A stretch of 64,000 nt of DNA from NCBI GenBank assembly GCA_963707505.1, contig CAVPQB010000005.1:99753-163752 (forward strand). Direction: 5' to 3'. This document shows positions 49,209 through 60,157 of this stretch, one piece after another. Position numbers and translations under genes: made by a program. Position 1 is the stretch's first letter. The number at the start of each line of letters is the position of its first letter. The stretch comes from an uncultured Gemmatimonadales bacterium. GTDB taxonomy: Bacteria > Gemmatimonadota > Gemmatimonadetes > Gemmatimonadales > Gemmatimonadaceae. Below the pieces are notes generated by a model. The model was not told the origin of the DNA. It ran no database searches and was given only the letters and a program-made list of their open reading frames with translations.

Positions 49209-51584
49209 GCGAGTTCCACCACTGTGACACCCGCCCCGCCCTCGTTCCACGCACCGAGCCGGAAATTGGCGACACGCGGCTCCTTCTGAAGCATTTCTGC
49301 GATCCGCTCGCGTAATGCCCCAGTTCCCTTCCCGTGGATTATGCGCAGCGCCTTCATATCGGCGCGGACGGCATCGTCCACGGCGTGCATCACTATGCCT
49401 TCGACTTCACCAACGCGCATGCCGCGCAGGTCGATCTCGCTTGCGACGTGTGCTTCGGGCACGTCACCTCTAATGCTGACCGAAAGCACCGGCGCAGGAC
49501 GCTGAGCGCGCGTAAGATCGGATAGAGGAAGACTCAGCTTTAGCGTTCCAACTGCGACGATTGCATTGTCATCGCGCATCTCCATGAGCTGGCCAACGCG
49601 TCCACCGAGGCTTGCGACCGCAACGTGATCGCCAACTGAGGGCGGCGCAGTATTGCGCCCACCGGGATTCGGCCGAGTCGTGCGCTCGCGCTCGTCCAGC
49701 CGATCGAGTTGGCGCGTCTGCTCCTTTGCGAGATCCTCGACGTGGCGTCGTGCATCGCGCGCTGTTTCTTCGGGGTTCTCCGACTTCTTCAGCGACCGAA
49801 TCGTATTCTCGATCTCACGCCGCGCAGCCAGCAGATATCGGCGCGACTCCTCGCGCGCACGACGCTCGGATTCGCGCTCACGCACACCGGCATTGTGCTC
49901 GCGCTCAGCGACCCTGCGCGCACGCTCCCGCGCGTCGTTCGGCGATCACCTCAGCCTCACGCTCGCGCTCGGCCAGTGCCGCGTCACGCGCCTCGAGATC
50001 GGCGAGCAATACATTCACGTCGCGCTCACCCACTGGCAGCCGAGCCTCGGCGCGCTCGAGCACTTCTGCGGGAACGCCCAACCTTCGCGCAATACTCAAA
50101 CCATATGATTGGCCCGGAATTCCCTTGATCAGTCGGTACGTCGGCGCCAGCTCTATCGCGTCGAACTGCAACGATCCGTTCACAACTCCAACGTCTTCAA
50201 CGGCCAGCTGTTTGAGCGCGCCGAGGTGCGTCGTCGCGACCGTACGAGCATTGCGAGCGGTGAGCGATTCGAGAACGGCACCACCGAGCGCTGCGCCCTC
50301 GACAGGATCGGTTCCGGATCCGAGCTCGTCTATGATGATGAGCGATCGATCCGTCGCACCAGCCAGAATCTCGCGCAGATTCTTGACGTGCGCCGAGAAC
50401 GTCGAGAGACTCGCCGCAATCGATTGCTCGTCGCCGATGTCCGCGTAGATCTCATCGTAGATCGCGATGCCGCTTCCCTCTCCGACCGTCGGCGGGATCC
50501 CTGCCTGAATACAGAGCGAGAGCAGCGCGATCGCCTTGATCAGGACAGTCTTGCCTCCGGTATTTGGGCCAGAGATGAGAAAGGTGCGCTCCGACTGGTC
50601 GAGCGACAGATCGAACGGAACGACGCGCGCGCCCTGCGCTAGCAGCAAGGGATGGCGCCCGCCGAGGATGTCGAAACTTTCAGTCGGATCGCGAAGCGTA
50701 ACCGGTGCGGCATTGAACTCCAGCGCCATTCGGCCGCGCGCATACAGGGAATCCAGCTCCGCGAGCGCATCGAACGCGTCCGCCAGATTCGGATGACTCG
50801 GACGAAGCGTGTCACCCAATTCGAAGAGTATGCGCTCGATCTCTATCGTCTCTTCGGACGCGAGCTCGCGCATTCGATTGCCAGCTTCGACTGCTGCGGG
50901 CGGTTCGATGAACAGCGTGCTGCCTGTGGATGAAGCATCGTGCACGATCCCGCCAACCGTCGCGCGGCCTTCGCGGCGCACGGGAATCACATACCGCCCG
51001 TTGCGAACTGTCACCGACATGTCGGAAACCTGCTGGCTCGGATCGAGTCGCGTCATGAGCCGTTCGAGCAGCGCGACGAGGTCGGATTCCGCATGGCGGA
51101 GCTCGCGGCGTATCCCGCGCAGCCTTGGCGACGCGGTATCGCGAACATCGCCGTCGTCGCTCAGCACGCGGTCGATCGCCGTCTCCGCGTTCGCATCGCG
51201 CACCAGACGCGAGGTGACCGGCTCCAGCACCGCGCGCGCCGCAACCGGAAGCCGCGGATCCGCCAGCGAATCCAGTGTCAGCCGAGAGCTGCGAAGGAGG
51301 GCCCGGATGAGCATGAAGTCCGCGGCCGCCAGCGTCGCGTTCTCCACGCGAAGCCGCTCCAGTGCGCGTCGCGCCGCCGGAATGGCGTGCGGTGCCCAGC
51401 GCGCCTCGCTCGCTATCAGCGCCCTTGCCGCGAACACCCGGGACTGTTCCCGCTCGATCCAGGCCCTGTCTGTGGTGGGCCTGAGCGCGCGGACGCGCTC
51501 CGATCCCTCCTCCGAAGTGGCGCGCTCGGCGACCACGTCGAGGACGCGGTGGAATTCCAGGACAGACAGGGCGTGGTTATTCAT
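49205..51584 (-). CDS. mutS2: Endonuclease MutS2 (frameshift near 49920)
   Basis: ISGPNTGGKT, DIGDEQSI, LSTFS, DELGSGTDP, TTH; Smr domain IDLRG, IIHGKGTG, GGAGVT. Confidence 0.97.
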
Positions 51585-51610
51585 TGAGCTTCTGAATAAT
51601 ACAGAGTGCG

Positions 51611-51626
51611 GCGAAAATACACCGAA
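51611..51626 (-). promoter_or_regulatory. Direct-repeat operator TTCGG-N6-TTCGC upstream of mutS2 (candidate SOS-type box)
   Basis: Plus strand GCGAAAATACACCGAA, ~27 nt upstream of mutS2 ATG; near minus-strand TATTAT (51601-51596). Confidence 0.5.
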
Positions 51627-51673
51627 GTGTCGGTGGCTTGGAGCTGGCTCACTTTTCGCGCCTGCCGCGACCC

Positions 51674-52039
51674 ATGACGATGCTCACGATTTTCAGGTCG
51701 GTGATCTTCCGGACCGCAGGATTGCTGGTGTGCTCCAACGTATTCATGACGTTCGCCTGGTACGCCCACCTCAAGAATCTCGAGGCCAAGCCGTGGTACG
51801 TTGCGGCTCTCATCAGCTGGGGAATCGCGCTGTTCGAGTACATGCTGCAGGTGCCGGCAAATCGAATCGGATACACCACGCTGACGCTTGGCCAGCTCAA
51901 GATCCTGCAGGAAGTGATAACGCTGAGCGTGTTCGTGCCGTTCGCGTACTTCTACATGGATCAGCCGCTCAAGATGGATTATCTGTGGGCGGCGTTGTGC
52001 ATTGTGGGAGCGGTGTTCTTTGTGTTCAGGGGGCATTGA
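51674..52039 (+). CDS. DMT family small membrane protein (DUF486)
   Basis: SNVFMTFAWYAHLK, SWGIALFEY, QVPANRIG, QLKILQEVITL. Confidence 0.92.
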   Translation: MTMLTIFRSVIFRTAGLLVCSNVFMTFAWYAHLKNLEAKPWYVAALISWGIALFEYMLQVPANRIGYTTLTLGQLKILQEVITLSVFVPFAYFYMDQPLKMDYLWAALCIVGAVFFVFRGH

Positions 52040-52064
52040 TGAGGAACAGCCGGGCACAGAGAAT

Positions 52065-52092
52065 CGTCATTCCGGCGAAAGCGGGAATGACG
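52065..52092. repeat. REP-like palindrome, copy 2 (between convergent genes)
   Basis: CGTCATTCC-G-GC-GAAA-GC-G-GGAATGACG. Confidence 0.7.
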
Positions 52093-52102
52093 AGTGGGTA
52101 TC

Positions 52103-52543
52103 CTACCCCTTCGCCAGCTCTTCCTTCGCGATGCGGCTGATCATGCTGCCGTCGGCCTTTCCCTTGAATTGCGGATTAACGCGGCCCATCAGCGGTCCCA
52201 TGGATGTGGCGCCGGCTGCAATCGCGGCGCGCACCGCTGCGCGGACTTCGTCTTCGCCTGCCTGAGCCGGTAGATACTTCTCGAGCGCCGCGACTTCCGC
52301 GCGCTCCTTCTCGGCAAGATCAGGGCGGTTCCCCTTGTCGTACATCTCGACTGATTCGCGCCTGCGCTTGATGCCCTTGCGCAGCACGTCGAGTACGTCG
52401 TCGTCAGTCGGCTCGGCGCGAAGCTCTATGCGCTTGTTCTTGACGTCCGACAGTATCGTTCCCAGCAGCAGCACCGCGCTCCTGTCCTGCGCCTTGCGCG
52501 CAGTATTGAGGTCGGCCTGCAGTTTGTCGCCGAGCAGCGACAT
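52103..52543 (-). CDS. GatB/YqeY domain protein
   Basis: KRRRESVEMY..GNR.DLAEKE, YLP, MG.LMG, GKADG; after rpsU. Confidence 0.93.
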   Translation of the reverse strand: MSLLGDKLQADLNTARKAQDRSAVLLLGTILSDVKNKRIELRAEPTDDDVLDVLRKGIKRRRESVEMYDKGNRPDLAEKERAEVAALEKYLPAQAGEDEVRAAVRAAIAAGATSMGPLMGRVNPQFKGKADGSMISRIAKEELAKG

Positions 52544-52731
52544 TACATCGCGCGATGACGGCGATTCTTGCGCGTCGCCGCATTCATCTTGCGCTTGCGA
52601 CGCTCGCTCGGCTTCTCGTAGTGGCGATGCTTGCGCAGATCCGCGAGGATCCCCGCCTTCTCGACCTTCTTCTTGAAGCGTTTGAGCGCGCGCTCAAAAT
52701 TCTCGTCTTCCTGAATGATGACTTCTGACAA
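52543..52731 (-). CDS. rpsU: 30S ribosomal protein S21
   Basis: ENFERALKRFKK, HYEKPSERRKRK. Confidence 0.98.
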   Translation of the reverse strand: MSEVIIQEDENFERALKRFKKKVEKAGILADLRKHRHYEKPSERRKRKMNAATRKNRRHRAM

Positions 52732-52784
52732 ACCCTATTGCCCCCGATCCTGTAACGGTTGATGTGTAGCCTTTAATAATAATC

Positions 52785-53132
52785 TCAGCCCGGGGGCCAC
52801 GCCATGTGTCGGCCGCCCAGAACATGGGCGTGGAGGTGGTGGACGGTCTGGCCGGCGTCCGGACCGGTATTGATGACCACCCGGTAACCCCCGTCCAGCC
52901 CTTCCTGGCGCGCCACGTCGCCGGCCAGCGCCAGCACCTCGCCCAGAGCGGCCGGATCGGCGGAATGGGCCAGCGAGACGATATGTTTACGCGGGATCAC
53001 CAGCACGTGTACCGGCGCCTTCGCGTCCAGGTCGCGGAACGCAATCGCCGCCTCGTTCTCGGCGACCAGGGTGGCCGGAATCTCCCCGCGGACGATCTTG
53101 CAGAAAACACAGTTTGCGGAGTCGTCCGCCAT
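52785..53132 (-). CDS. Histidine triad (HIT) nucleotide-binding protein
   Basis: CVFCKI, HVLVIPRKH, GQTVHHLHAHVLGGR, WPPG. Confidence 0.96.
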   Translation of the reverse strand: MADDSANCVFCKIVRGEIPATLVAENEAAIAFRDLDAKAPVHVLVIPRKHIVSLAHSADPAALGEVLALAGDVARQEGLDGGYRVVINTGPDAGQTVHHLHAHVLGGRHMAWPPG

Positions 53133-53137
53133 GAGAA

Positions 53138-53875
53138 TTACCGGTCTGAGATAAGTTTCGCTTCCAGCAACGCACGGGCCACCGCGATACCGGCGACGGC
53201 TGCCGTCTCGAACCGCAGGATCGAGTGGCCGATCGATGCAAGCCTGAATCCGGCCGCCTGAAGGCCATCCAGCTCTTCAGCGTCGAAACCGCCTTCCGGG
53301 CCCACCGCGACCACCATCGGCTCCGAGACGCTGATCGCGCTGAATGCACGTCCGCTGGCTTCGAGGACTACGCGCGAGCCCTCAGGCGACGCGGCCATCG
53401 CGCGCTCCGGTGTGGCTTCGGGGAATATCTCGGGCAGCCAGGCAGACCGCGACTGAAGCAAGGCAGAAGTCATTCGCGTGCGCACCTTGCTCCGAAAAGT
53501 CGGACCATCGCCGCGCGGCGACACACTCCGGGACCGCTGCCACAAAACCGGACGCCAGCTCGCGACGTTGAGCTCCGCGGCTTTCTCGGCGAGCCATAAC
53601 ATTCGATCGCGATCCGCGACTGGAACGAGAAGATGAATCGGTAGCGGCGGCGGCACCTCGGCAACCCGGTCTACTTCAACGAGTGCGTTCTTGCGGCCGA
53701 ACCGGACCAGTGTCCCCGACGCGATGTGACCCGCCCCGTCGCGCAGGCCGACACGTTCGCCAACGCCGAGGCGCAGTGCCGCGATGTGCGACGCGTCGCT
53801 CTCAGAGAGCGCGATCTGCGCTCCAACTGTGAACGCATCCTCCGAATAGAAGGCCGCCCGATCGGAATCCGTCAT
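53138..53875 (-). CDS. rsmE: 16S rRNA m3U1498 methyltransferase
   Basis: EKAAEL, VGPEGGF, ILRFETAA; prmA-rsmE order. Confidence 0.95.
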   Translation of the reverse strand: MTDSDRAAFYSEDAFTVGAQIALSESDASHIAALRLGVGERVGLRDGAGHIASGTLVRFGRKNALVEVDRVAEVPPPLPIHLLVPVADRDRMLWLAEKAAELNVASWRPVLWQRSRSVSPRGDGPTFRSKVRTRMTSALLQSRSAWLPEIFPEATPERAMAASPEGSRVVLEASGRAFSAISVSEPMVVAVGPEGGFDAEELDGLQAAGFRLASIGHSILRFETAAVAGIAVARALLEAKLISDR

Positions 53876-54700
53876 GAAACGCGACTCGCGAGAATGCTCA
53901 ACCAATCACCTTCCACATCTTCGGCTTCGATGCGAAAGCCCGCACGTACAATTGCGCGAATCATGAGATCGCGCTCCTCGACCAGTATCCCGCTCAACAA
54001 CACAGCGCCATCTGCTGTGAGCGACCCTGACATGCATGGAAGCAGTTCCATCAGCACGGATGAGACGATGTTCGCGAGAATCACGCGCACCGGCGCGACG
54101 AGCGCGAGCAACACCGTCGCGTCACCAACGAGATAACGGATCGCACTTTCCGAGCCGTTCATGCGAATGTTCTCGATCGCCGACCCTTCGGCGCCATCGT
54201 CGATTTCGATCGCAGCAACGCGCGTCGCGCCAAGCTTGGCGGCTGCGATCGATAATACGGCGCTACCGGCTCCAAGATCGGCGACCGAATCGCCCGCGCG
54301 GATGCTGCGCTGCATGAGGCGAAGCATCCCGCGAGTGGTTGGATGTTCGCCCGTACCGAACGCCATCGCAGGATCGATCACGATCGTCGTCGCAGGATCG
54401 AACTCTGCAGCACGCCACGGCGGCGTGACGACAAGCCGTCCAACGTGGTGCGCGTCGACATTTGCGCGCCACTCACTCCAGTCCACGGCGGGAACGTCGG
54501 CTATCGTGACTATCGCGGACGGATCAGCGCCATGCACCGCGGTCGATGACGCTTGCTGTATCGAACTCCGGCGGAAAATGCGTGACCAGCGCGTCACCGT
54601 CTTCGTGGACGCCCTGGGAGCCGGCTGCGAACAGCGCGCCCATCACCGCATCGCGATCGGCGCACTGCTCGACACGAACCGCGCGCCATTCGGTGCTCAC
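53872..54700 (-). CDS. prmA: Ribosomal protein L11 methyltransferase (frameshift near 54542)
   Basis: IDPAMAFGTGEHPTT, DLGAGSAVLSIAA, ANI, LSGIL; GTG start overlaps dnaJ stop. Confidence 0.95.
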
Positions 54701-54823
54701 GCGCCGAGCGATTCCTTGACCTTGGCCCAGAATCCGCGCTCTCGTCTTGCTGGCGCCAGAGGACGAATTTCATAGAGGCGACGGAGCAGTGCGGCCTCCT
54801 CATCGCTCATGACGTCGGGAGTC
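54697..54823 (-). CDS. dnaJ: Chaperone DnaJ, C-terminal remnant truncated at chimeric junction
   Basis: TPDVMSDEEAALLRRL...GFWAKVKESLGA; dnaJ-prmA-rsmE synteny. Confidence 0.8.
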
Positions 54824-54878
54824 AGCAATACGTAGGGCCTTGTTCTTGCCTCGTCCTTTACTTCGTTCAGTTCGTGCT
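54824..54878. other. Oxford Nanopore ligation-adapter remnants (chimeric read junction)
   Basis: AGCAATACGTA (54824-34, adapter reverse complement) and CCTTTACTTCGTTCAGTTCGTGCT (54855-78) versus adapter core TACTTCGTTCAGTTACGTATTGCT. Confidence 0.92.
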
Positions 54879-55836
54879 TCCGTGGCTGTCCCAGCGGCCG
54901 TAGCTGAGCGTCACCACCCGCACCCCGGCCTCGACCAGCCGGCGGGCGACGAGGAGCTGGTCGTTGACGGTCGGGGCGCGTCGTACTGGTACTTGTAGGG
55001 CTTACCGTCACCGTACTTGGCGCGAAGCCGCGGGTCTTCCTTGGAGAGGTCGAGCGCCTCGACGAGCTTGCTCGACGTGAGCACGTCGAAGGCGAGCGAC
55101 GTGGCCGAGTCGACGCCGTCGATCGCGCCGTGGCGTCGACGTCTCGGCGGAGCTTGTCGAAGCTGGAGAGGAGCCGCTTGCGGTCGTCGAGCCGGTCGAC
55201 CGTCACGCCGTTGAGCGTCATGTTCTGGACGGCCGGCCCGCTCGGCTTGAAGGGGGCGTAGGCCCGGCCGAGGAAGCCGGTCGCGCCGGTGTCGCTAGGG
55301 CAGATGTGGCGGGTTCGGCCACGAGGCCGACGAACGGCGGCACCGCCGGGTCAACCGGCCCCTTGAAGCTTCGCGACGACCGACCCGATTCTCGGGCGTC
55401 CGCCGAGGACCCGGAGGTCGTCTCGGCCCAGCCGGTGTTGCACTGGTAGAGGTCGTGCGGCCCGTCGCGCCGACGATCGAGCGGATGATGGCGGCCCTGT
55501 CCATCAGCCGGGCGAGGCGGGGGAAGACCTCGCAGATCTCCAGGCCCCCGGCACGTTGGTCGCGATCGGCTTGAACTCGCCGCGGATCTCGGCGGGGGCG
55601 TCGGGCTTGAGGTCGAACGTGTCCTGGTGGGGCGCGCGCCCGCCAGGAAGACGTTGATGACGGCCTTGTGACCGAGGCCGTCCGAGTCCAGTCCGGGCTT
55701 CGCGGCGCCTCGGCCCGGAACAGGTCGCTGAGGTTCAGCACGGCCCCGCCCATCGCGAACGTGCCGATCCGGAGGAAGCCGCGGCGACTGACTCCGTCGC
55801 AGTACCCCGCCCTTTCGGCCCGAAGATCGTCAGCAT
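54879..55836 (-). CDS. DUF1501 family protein (Planctomycete-type, Tat-like leader), truncated at junction, frameshifted
   Basis: [58 protein letters not shown]. Confidence 0.88.
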
Positions 55837-56230
55837 CGCCTGGCCCTCCGTCATCAACGCGCTGTCAACAGCATCGAGCAGCGTTCGTAATCCGCTCGTG
55901 CCGGTGAAGTTTAACATTTGCTCGCCAGCGAGTCGCCAGTCAATTGCAGCTTTCGCCAAACACGAAATAGCCCCAGGGGTACGGCCTGCGGATTGCTAGT
56001 TGCGACGACTTTTCCGGATTTACTGATTTTCCAGGCCGTCGTCTTGCCGATGATGGGCATCTCCGGCATTGCGCCACGACTCCGCCACCGGTTCCGCCCC
56101 AGGAAATTAGTCGAAGTTATCAGAAATGGCGGGCCTTCCAATCGCTTCAACACGGTTCAGCCAGTAACCTCAGCATTGCCCGGACGCCGCACTGTGTCCG
56201 GAACGGAGAGCCCGGAAAGGGTTTCCGACC

Positions 56231-57783
56231 ATGGAAAGGGTCGATCGCCGAGCCGCTTGAGGGGTGGCTGCTGGGAGGCCATCCCGGAGGATAGCGGCGG
56301 CGACCGACGAAGCCGACAGTCCGAGGGCCTGGAAGAGCCAGAAGTCTGCTCTCCCCACTGTGCTGCCCGATATTGGTCATGGATTCGGCGACGACGGTCG
56401 ACTCTCGGACGGTAACTTTCCAGTACGACATCAATAATGCTGCGGTCGCTCAACCGATCACGATTGAAGTTCTTCCGGTCGGCCGAGAAAACGGTCGATG
56501 CCGGGGCGTGCCAGTCGCCGCCGTCCAGTTGGTCCCATCCGGCCAGCCGGCGCGACGCTCGATTCGGCGGGGAATTCCGCCACGGACATCGGGCATCACA
56601 CGCTCACGGTTTCGCTACCCGGCGCGCTGCCGCCCAATCCAACGCTGATCCCTTCGTCGTGGTTGCGGCCTGATCCCCAAAATGCGGTCGCCGAGTCTCA
56701 CAAGACGAACAACTTCGGCGTCGTTTCAGAAGCACGGTGCCGGGGGTGATCAGTCACGGCGGCGTTCAGCCCATGAAGTGGAAGCTTAACGGTCCACCGT
56801 GGGAGCAGCGGATCGCCAAGGGGCTGCTCGCCGGCGGCTACGAGACCACGTGATCGCATTCAACTGGGTCGCCGACAGCGACCATGCCGGGGGCCGTGGT
56901 GCGGCAGTCGGCCCCGGATGGCCAATCTGGCTGGCGCAGGCTGCCAGCCAATTCCCGCGGGTGACCCGGGCGACGTTCATTTCATCGGCCACAGTGAGGG
57001 GACGGTCATCGAGAGCCAGGCCATCCTTCGTCTCAACGAGTCGGGCTGGCCGGCCTCGATGAAGGCAGGCTCACCCTCGAAATGACGCTTCTCGACCCCC
57101 ACGCCGCGAACAATGGTATCCCGGCCGAGCCAGTACAGCGTCTCCAACGGCCTTCTCGTCCGGCTTCATCCCGCGCACTGAGATCAACGACTTCCAATCT
57201 CGCGCCAAGGACCCCGTCGTGGTCGTGCCGCCGAACGTTCAGAACGCCGAGGTCTTCTTCAGCGGACGCCCGTTCCCGGTCACCGCAGGGCTCACGAAAC
57301 GGGGGCGTCTACAACTTGTGGGGCCAGGGCCGATTCATGGGACGGCGAGCTACTTCGACCTGACGGCGCCGGGGGAGATTCAGCCACGCCGGCAAGTTCG
57401 GGGTGCAGGACTGGTACCGGCTGAACGTCGTCCCAACGCTCGGTGACGGGAACACGTTCGTCACGCCGAACGCGCTGACCGGCACACTCACGCAAACCCG
57501 CGACAACTGCCCCGGTTACGCCTCCCGGATGGCGCCTTCAAGCTACTCTGGCACAGCGGGCCCGGGCGCTCTTGGTGCGGGTTTCGCGGAAGTGGCGCGG
57601 TACGCCGAAATCGATTCCCGTCGGCTTTACTCACGCCGGTTCCGATGGAACCTGGTCTCTGACCACGCGCCGCTCGCCACGGGCCGTTATAAAGTGCTCG
57701 CCGTGGCCGACGCCCCCCGTCAGCCCCGGGCTTCGCCAGCTCCACTTCCGGCCGATGACCTGGATGGGACCGATCACGATTGA
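56231..57783 (+). CDS. Secreted LEPR-XLL-domain protein with CARDB-like and lipase-like alpha/beta-hydrolase parts (heavily frameshifted)
   Basis: EGLE.RSLLS near 56330; DPQNAVAESHKTNN; DVHFIGHSEG at 56972-57001; MTLLDPH. Confidence 0.65.
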
Positions 57784-58049
57784 TCGGGTAAATCGGCTTA
57801 TCGGCGACGCGGCTTCGTTACGTTCCGGCAGGCTCATGGGCAGGCCGTGCACGTGCCGGCCCCCGGTAGAGGAGGTCGGACTGGGGACCAATTACGACCA
57901 AGAGCCGGTGTGCTCTCAATGGCCGTCGCGGGCGGCCGAGGCCGTCGCGACAGGCGGAGCGAGGTCCACGTCAACACCGTGGCGAGTGTGGCATAGCAGC
58001 ACACCGTCATGACAGCCAGTTCGGTTTGCGTGAGAATTCTGCTTTTATA

Positions 58050-59731
58050 ATCATAATGATCAAGCGACCACGAACCGAATCGGAGGCGAGGGCCTGCTCG
58101 AGGCATCGCCAGCTCGTCGGCGGCGACCTGGCGGCCGCCCGGCGGTCGTTCACCGGCATGAATCCGGGCCGAATTCGGGACTTCGAATGGCCTGGACGCC
58201 GCCGTACGCCCCTTGTCCCAGCAGGCCGATCAGGAGCAGACAGCGCCGCACAGGAACTGCGCCCGCCACGTCGACTTGAGCTGGACCGAGATCCAGATCC
58301 CAACGCCGCGGCGAACCAGACGTAGACGGCGATCGGCGGTGATCACGGCCAGCACGCCAATGGGGTGTAACGACATTGACAACCCGCCCACATCAGCAGC
58401 GAACCGATCGCCACGGCGACCCAGCGCGGGGTCAGGAACTTCGGCGCCCATTTTCAGAAGACGATTTCCGCAGGTCAGATCGGTCGACGTAAAGCTCAGC
58501 CACGTGTCGTCCTCGTGCTTCGACGTGATCGCCGCGGCCGCCGAGCCGGCCACCGCGATCACCCCGAGTACAAAAAGCAGGGGCAAGATACTCTGGATTT
58601 ACAAAATGAGAGCTTCCGGCGCCGCGTGTCATCGCGTAGCCGCCGCGGCCCCACGTGCCGGTCTCGCGGATCATCTCGTCGAATGCGGGAGCGGCGAACA
58701 TAAACGTCCTGTAGATAGTGGTAAGCCGACCGCGCAGAACCAGGAGCGCCCGATGATGCGCGAGCCGGCTCGACCGTGACGCGAAGCGTTCTTTCCAGAT
58801 CATCGGCCGGTCGCCGCATGCGCTCCGCTTCCGTTCCTGCGCCAGGCTCCCCGCATCGTGAGCCGCTCGGTGATCGTGCGACGCGTGGCGTCGGCCTGCT
58901 CGAAAGACCGTTCGCAGACGCCAGGCCGCCAGCCCAACGAAGCAGATGCCCATGGCCGCCTGGAGTCCGGCCATCAGATCGAGATCGTCGAGCAGCGCGT
59001 ACGAGCCCCGAAGATCCGAACAGGAACTGGCGTCCGATCGTCACGGGATTTGTCGCGTTGGCCATCCAGCGCCGCGGCCGCATAACGGGCCGATCACGCG
59101 GCCGCTCACCGGCACAACGCGCATGAGCTCTTCAGGCAAGATCAGCCACATCAGCTCGAGCGCATAGACCAGGAACAGGGCTTCCCGGAACCGCCGGGCG
59201 TAGGTCGGACCAGGATCGACAACCCGCAAGCACGAACGCGCTGGCAGCCGCGACCGAACAGCCAGCACGATAATCCGGGGGTCGACGCCTCCCGGCAGCA
59301 CGAGCAGGCTCAGGATCGGGAATCCGACCGCCAGGAAGGTCGCCATGTCGAAGCAGCCGAGCCAGCAGCTTGCCGACGACGATCTCGAGGCTCGAGAGCG
59401 GCGTCGCCATCAGGTAGTGGAGCGTCTTGCTCTGCTTCTCGGACGCGATCACCACCGCGCCACCAGTGCGGGCGTCAATACGAGCACGGAGCAACTCTTG
59501 CAAGACCGCCACTGCGATGAACGAGGAGCGCGCGGAACGACCCACTTGCGGGAGGCGTCGGTCTGCCCATCAGTATCCTCCCAGCCTCGAGTGAAACTGC
59601 GAGAGTGCGCGAGGAGTCACCACGGCATAACCGCCGCGAGGCGAAGTACCCGCCCTCTCCGCGCGGTCGGTGAGAAGTTCGCAACTCGAAGACGGGTCCC
59701 GGGATCGTAAAACGATATGTTCTCGAAGCAT
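58050..59731 (-). CDS. ABC-2-type transporter permease, Planctomycete-type (heavily frameshifted; ends approximate)
   Basis: PGPVF.ELRT, IASEKQSKTLHYLMATPLSSLEIVVGKL, GDRPMIWKE. Confidence 0.7.
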
Positions 59732-59821
59732 GCTCGGCGGCCGCAGCGGCGAGATAACCTAATTCGTTAGGTTTACATCGGAGGCTTGCAGACGTCAAGA
59801 CCCCGCGGGATTCGGGATGGA

Positions 59822-60067
59822 TCAATCTGGGTCGATGACGTTCTCGAAGAACTCCTCGACGCTCTCATCCTCGCGCTCGGCGAGCACATGCTGGGCCAGG
59901 CGGCGGATGAAGCCGTGCTTCAGGGCTTGAACCGCGGCCTTCATGATGGTTGTCAGCGACGCGGTCTCGTCGGCCGTTAGCTCGCGGCCGACGATCGTGC
60001 GGCCCAGACTCAATGCAGCCTGTTCGGCCTGCTGCTCGGGGGTCAATTCGGGTTCCGGTGCCGGCAT
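59822..60067 (-). CDS. Hypothetical 81-aa acidic protein
   Basis: Intact ORF with GAGGGA RBS and plausible codon use; no recognisable motif. Confidence 0.55.
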   Translation of the reverse strand: MPAPEPELTPEQQAEQAALSLGRTIVGRELTADETASLTTIMKAAVQALKHGFIRRLAQHVLAEREDESVEEFFENVIDPD

Positions 60068-60157
60068 CGTTGTTCGTCCCTCAGTCGGTCGGCTGTCCCG
60101 CCTCCCCTGGCACGTCTAGCGCCCATTTCGGCCGCCGCGGGTTGCTCGTGGCGGCTT

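Noticed and set aside
54697..55221. Apparent novel DUF1501-DnaJ fusion ORF
   Set aside because: It reads through Nanopore adapter sequence at 54824-54878, so it is an artefact
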